The notes beneath the pieces are model-generated. The model was not told where the DNA came from. It ran no database searches and saw nothing but the letters and a program-made list of their open reading frames with translations. The translations under genes and the position numbers were made by a program. A DNA stretch of 63,537 nucleotides, the filler included, from Dicyema japonicum (Eukaryota > Animalia > Dicyemida), in NCBI GenBank assembly GCA_011109175.1. It is 9 parts of 9 records of this genome, joined end to end, with 100 filler letters (N's around TTAATTAATTAA, not from the genome) between each part and the next. Parts side by side here need not be neighbours in the genome. Positions count along the whole stretch, not along the records: positions 59,191 to 61,123 come from RDEW01000262.1; positions 61,224 to 63,537 come from RDEW01000366.1; 7 more parts are not named here. The stretch is one strand, 5' to 3'. Shown here in pieces: positions 59,571 to 63,537 of this stretch (position 1 is its first letter; each line of letters begins with the position of its first letter).

Positions 59571-60419
59571 ATTTAAAGTATCATCGTGAGCAAGTATTTA
59601 TCCACCAATGAGTATTCGTTAGAATTTAACGAGAAAAAAAAATTTCTTCATGGAAATACATGATCGCACAATGAAAACATGCGAGGACATGAAGAATGTA
59701 AAGAAACGGATCTTCTTAAATATTCGCCTGTTGCTTCCAAATGACCAAATCAGACAGAAATGCATGTTCCCAATTGGAGCTAGGATTTTTAGAAATACTG
59801 AAGAGCTAAAGAAGTTTTACGTTGCCTTCAGCCGTATTTGGGCAGAGTTTTCGTCATCCCATACTCTGTTATCGCAAGAGATTGGAATTTAAGATCAGAC
59901 ACTCAAGCGACCATCAAGATACATATCCATATGGACTAGGGCAAGAAGAAATAAGTACAAAGATTTAATAAATTATACAATTAGGCAGATATTCTAATAA
60001 AAATACGATTGTGTGATTATTAGATATATTCGGTGGTTTTGATTATCGAGAGCAGATTGCTTGTCTCAATATAGTCTGACAATTTCTGTTCACACACTTT
60101 GTAACCAAATACATAAATCGAGGATGTAATTTATGACAAACGTCTTTCCATAACCACTCATCTGGAATGTACTTCTTGTGTATAAACTTGGCGACCTCTT
60201 CAAAGAGATAACCAAATACATAAATCGAGGATGTAATTTATGACAAACGTCTTTCCATAACCACTCATCTGGAATGTACTTCTTGTGTATAAACTTGGCG
60301 ACCTCTTCAAAGAGATGAATTAATATGTATTTTTTTTGTAAGGTAACAATTTATTGAAGAATAAAACCAAATAGTTAAAGGCTACTGGCTCCTCTCAGGA
60401 TTGAGAGCGCATTTCCCCT

Positions 60420-61123
60420 TTTATTGTGGTGTTGTGGTGTATTAGCCGTTCTACTTTTTGGATTGAACATGACAATGGAAAAGGATCCGAAACCAACACC
60501 GAAACCCAAAGAGCATATTTCTCGCACGTCTATCCCCTGCATTATCTGTGGAGAGGCAAACAAGAGGAAATATAGTATCCAATGTTCCCGTTGCCCAAAT
60601 TTTGGACACCTTGGGTGCAACAAGCTGACAAGACGGACTGCTCAGTGTCTCCCAAGTTGGTCATGCCCCACATGCCTTGGGAACCCCACAAGGCAAAAGG
60701 AACCGCTCTCTGGTTCAGTCCTGGACCTATTTAACACGGACGAATGTTTACGCCGCCTGAACCGGCTTGTATCAGAGAGGGTTATCCCACTCAGAATCCC
60801 AAAGTCGGTGCGCCTAGCAGCTGCCACGTGTCTCTCAAAACTAATCACCAAAGCAGTCAGTGACAACACCCAAGAAGCTTGGATGCGCCTTCTCTGCTTT
60901 GCACCTCTAGTCCTCGGATCACATCCGACCGAACTGAAGGAACGGAATGTCAAGTCAATCATCAAAAGGAACGTTTCTAAATACGAAAGTATCAACCTGG
61001 CGGATACACTGGAAAGCATTTCGACTTCTGTTGACTCACCCTCTTCATCCAGAACCAAGAAAAGGGATCTTCGCAGAGAAATAAACAAGAAGATCATGGT
61101 CGGGGACATTCGGGGAGCCCTAC
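60420..61123 (+). mobile_element. CRE-like element 5' ORF start with a PHD-type zinc finger; open frame up to the contig end
   Basis: Reads CIIC-x11-CSRC-x4-H-x2-C-x13-WSCPTC, then RIPKSVRLAAATCLSKLI..DNTQEAWMRLLCFA..KIMVGDIRGAL, typical of the pre-RT region of CRE-type ORFs. Confidence 0.75.
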
Positions 61124-61223
61124 NNNNNNNNNNNNNNNNNNNNNNNNNNNNNNNNNNNNNNNNNNNNTTAATTAATTAANNNNNNNNNNNNNNNNNNNNN
61201 NNNNNNNNNNNNNNNNNNNNNNN

Positions 61224-63537
61224 AATGTCCCGAACAATTCTTTATCAGATTCCGTGAAAATTAATGAAAAAATAATACCTTCTGTCCCTATACCAGCTGT
61301 TAGATACCAGTCTTTTTATTAATTTCTTAGTTAAAACCGGGAATTGAAACTGGCTCATTATCAATTTCAGTTGGAAATCAAAAAATAATGTTATATACAA
61401 GTTTGATAAAATATAATCTATGGTCGGAATTAAATTCAATCAACGCTTATTATCCACGGCATTATATTTATGCTGATAAAAATATTATCAAAAAATAATT
61501 TTATATACAAGTTTGATAAAATATAATCTATGGTCGGAATTAAATTCAATCAACGCTTATTATCCACGGCATTATATTTATGCTGATAAAAATATTCGTA
61601 AATTATTATGCAACCACATTCATAAAAAATTAGACGATATTTATTCGGGGTAATATTTCTAATCATTTCAAGAAACTGCGACATTTCTGAACAAACCTTG
61701 AAAATTAGAACGAATTTGTCTCCATTTAACACTGATTTTTTATTAACATTCGACATTCAATTAATACGGATTTTTCGTTCCATAGGACCTTATATAAGTT
61801 CAGACACTATTTTGCTCATAAAACTTGTTAGATTGTGTACAGATTTTCTTCAAAAGGTTTTATTTAAAAAATGTTATCGTTTTAGATTCAGAAATTAGAA
61901 GAACAGTGTCGTTTGTATTATGATATTATTACCCTTATTGATGAAACTATTCTACCTTCTCTATGCCTTGTCCAGCCAAATTCTGGTCTTGTGGAAAAGA
62001 TTTGGAGCCTCGTTTATCTTCTTCCTTCTCTAATTAGGTATATTTTATTCTATAAAAATAAATCGAATTAATCGGTTTTACTATCATTTTGAATTTATAT
62101 TAATATTTCAAGATATAATCTTTATGCTCGCTGGAATTCTCTAAATTTTACAAATTGTCCTGAGTTGAAAATGACTTACTCTATAGTTATGAAGCAAATG
62201 CAGTATCTTATAAGGTTTTTATTTTGTTATTTGTCAAAAAGGCGCCTAACAAAAGACAATGTTAAGATAATGGGCAGAAAAATTGGTAAAATCTGTTTAA
62301 CATCTCCTCTTACCGTAATGGACTTTGTATTATTTGTGTTTTTAATAATAATTTAGTTATTGACAAACGCTCTTAGATATGATAATCTCATTGGTCCAAT
62401 TATTGAGTGTCTAAAATTTGTGAACGGACTCTCTTTAGATATTTTAGCTTGTATTATATAGAGATTTTCTGAATTTATAGATTTTATTTTTGATATTATC
62501 TCACGTTCCGATGATTCTGTTATGATTGAAGGTGGCCAGCTATCAAACAAAGCCATCAGTTACTTTTTTAATTACTCATTCAATATTTAGTTTTGGCAAG
62601 TTTTACTGGAATGCTTTGCAAAAAATATAACCATGTAGATATTTCTCTAATACTACATCTTGTCGTCAAACAATTAGCTGCAGGGAATATGTATTTATCC
62701 TTTTTTATTTAAAGATATTCCTTACCTTTGTTGCAGGAGGTTGTTCAAAAAATGAGCGGAATTGATATTGTCGATGAACTAACTTCTGAACAAATGCAAG
62801 CCCTATCTGGTGGATTTTATCTTAAGCAGGAGGTATTTCTTTATTAATAAAATTTTAAAGTAAATTTAATCAGCTTTTGTCTCTAATAAATTTTATTTTC
62901 ATAGGTTGCATTTTCTAATCATGCACGAAATGCAAAAAAATTAATCGGACGGTTAAAGGATGTCGTTCTCGAAGAAAATTTATTTGTAACTATGTGCATC
63001 CAACTTGCACAACTTCGTGAAGAAATCCTCTATTTACCTAATTTCAATTATTTACATGTAAAATTGAAAGGGAAGTTATATGATCACGTTTAACTTATTT
63101 TTATATTATTTCTCAGTATCATGATACTCTTTATCAGTTCACTCAATTTCTGGATTTAATTTTGACACCTGAGCAGCATCATAAAGAATTTGTTCCATTA
63201 GAAAAGCTTATTTCAGAATATGGATTATCGCATGAAACGGCTTTCATGATAAATCGTCTTTCTATTTGGAATGACGTTGAACATCAAATAAAAAAGTCGG
63301 AGTTTAATTCTGAAAATGTTTGATTATAATTTATTTACGTTTTAGAATTATTTACATGGTTTTCAGAGCTGTATTTCCCGCTTCATGTTGCATTTCGATG
63401 GTTTTAGGTACTAGAAAAAATAAACTAAAATAATTAAGATATGAATTATTTGCTGTTTTTTGGATGCTGACATTATACGATATTGATTTTCCGGAAGAAT
63501 TGTATATAAAGCAGATATCACGCATAAAAACTGATAT
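61224..63537 (+). CDS. THOC2: THO complex subunit 2, internal part (both ends missing); one exon interrupted by a 110-bp duplication
   Basis: Reads NQKIML..; ILPSLCL..RYNLYARW..RRLTKDNVKIMGRKIGK..YDNLIGPII..LLQEVVQKMSGI..KLKGKLYDHYHDTLYQF..FWMLTLYDI. Introns at 61650-61672, 61857-61885, 62038-62112, 62215-62241, 62327-62356, 62451-62480, 62559-62590, 62691-62714, 62833-62904, 63088-63116, 63318-63345, 63408-63438. Confidence 0.92.

Noticed and set aside
62353-62556. Minus-strand 67-aa ORF as a separate gene
   Set aside because: It is antisense to well-conserved THOC2 exons.

Overview
This is AT-rich eukaryotic draft-assembly DNA, not one contiguous locus. Eight artificial 100-bp linkers (44 N + TTAATTAATTAA + 44 N) join nine unrelated contigs or scaffolds: 1-13537, 13638-24198, 24299-28098, 28199-31141, 31242-45187, 45288-47874, 47975-59090, 59191-61123 and 61224-63537. 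Host genes are metazoan-type and carry very small spliceosomal introns (mostly 19-32 nt), so the ORF track misses most of them. Reconstructed by hand: a complete 14-exon protein kinase N (3xHR1-C2-kinase), a complete ODF3/SHIPPO1 ciliary gene, a C-type lectin, partial THOC2, frameshifted intron-bearing copies of UBA1 and RPB8/POLR2H, and an unannotated secreted protein with six PCSK9-CHRD/resistin-like cysteine modules plus a Thr-rich mucin tail. Tiny introns, a ciliary gene and a metazoan PKN point to a reduced ciliated animal parasite such as a dicyemid (inference only). Most of the rest is transposon debris: about 10 CRE-like RLE retroelement fragments (one with an N-terminal PHD finger), R4-like RLE elements, RTE and I/Jockey-like LINEs, an APE LINE with a 2A StopGo motif, Ginger-type integrase elements, Tc1, pogo/Tigger and hAT. 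There are also two satellites, one with a telomere-like (CCCTAA)n tract in every unit. All homology calls come from recognising motifs by eye; no database searches were run.
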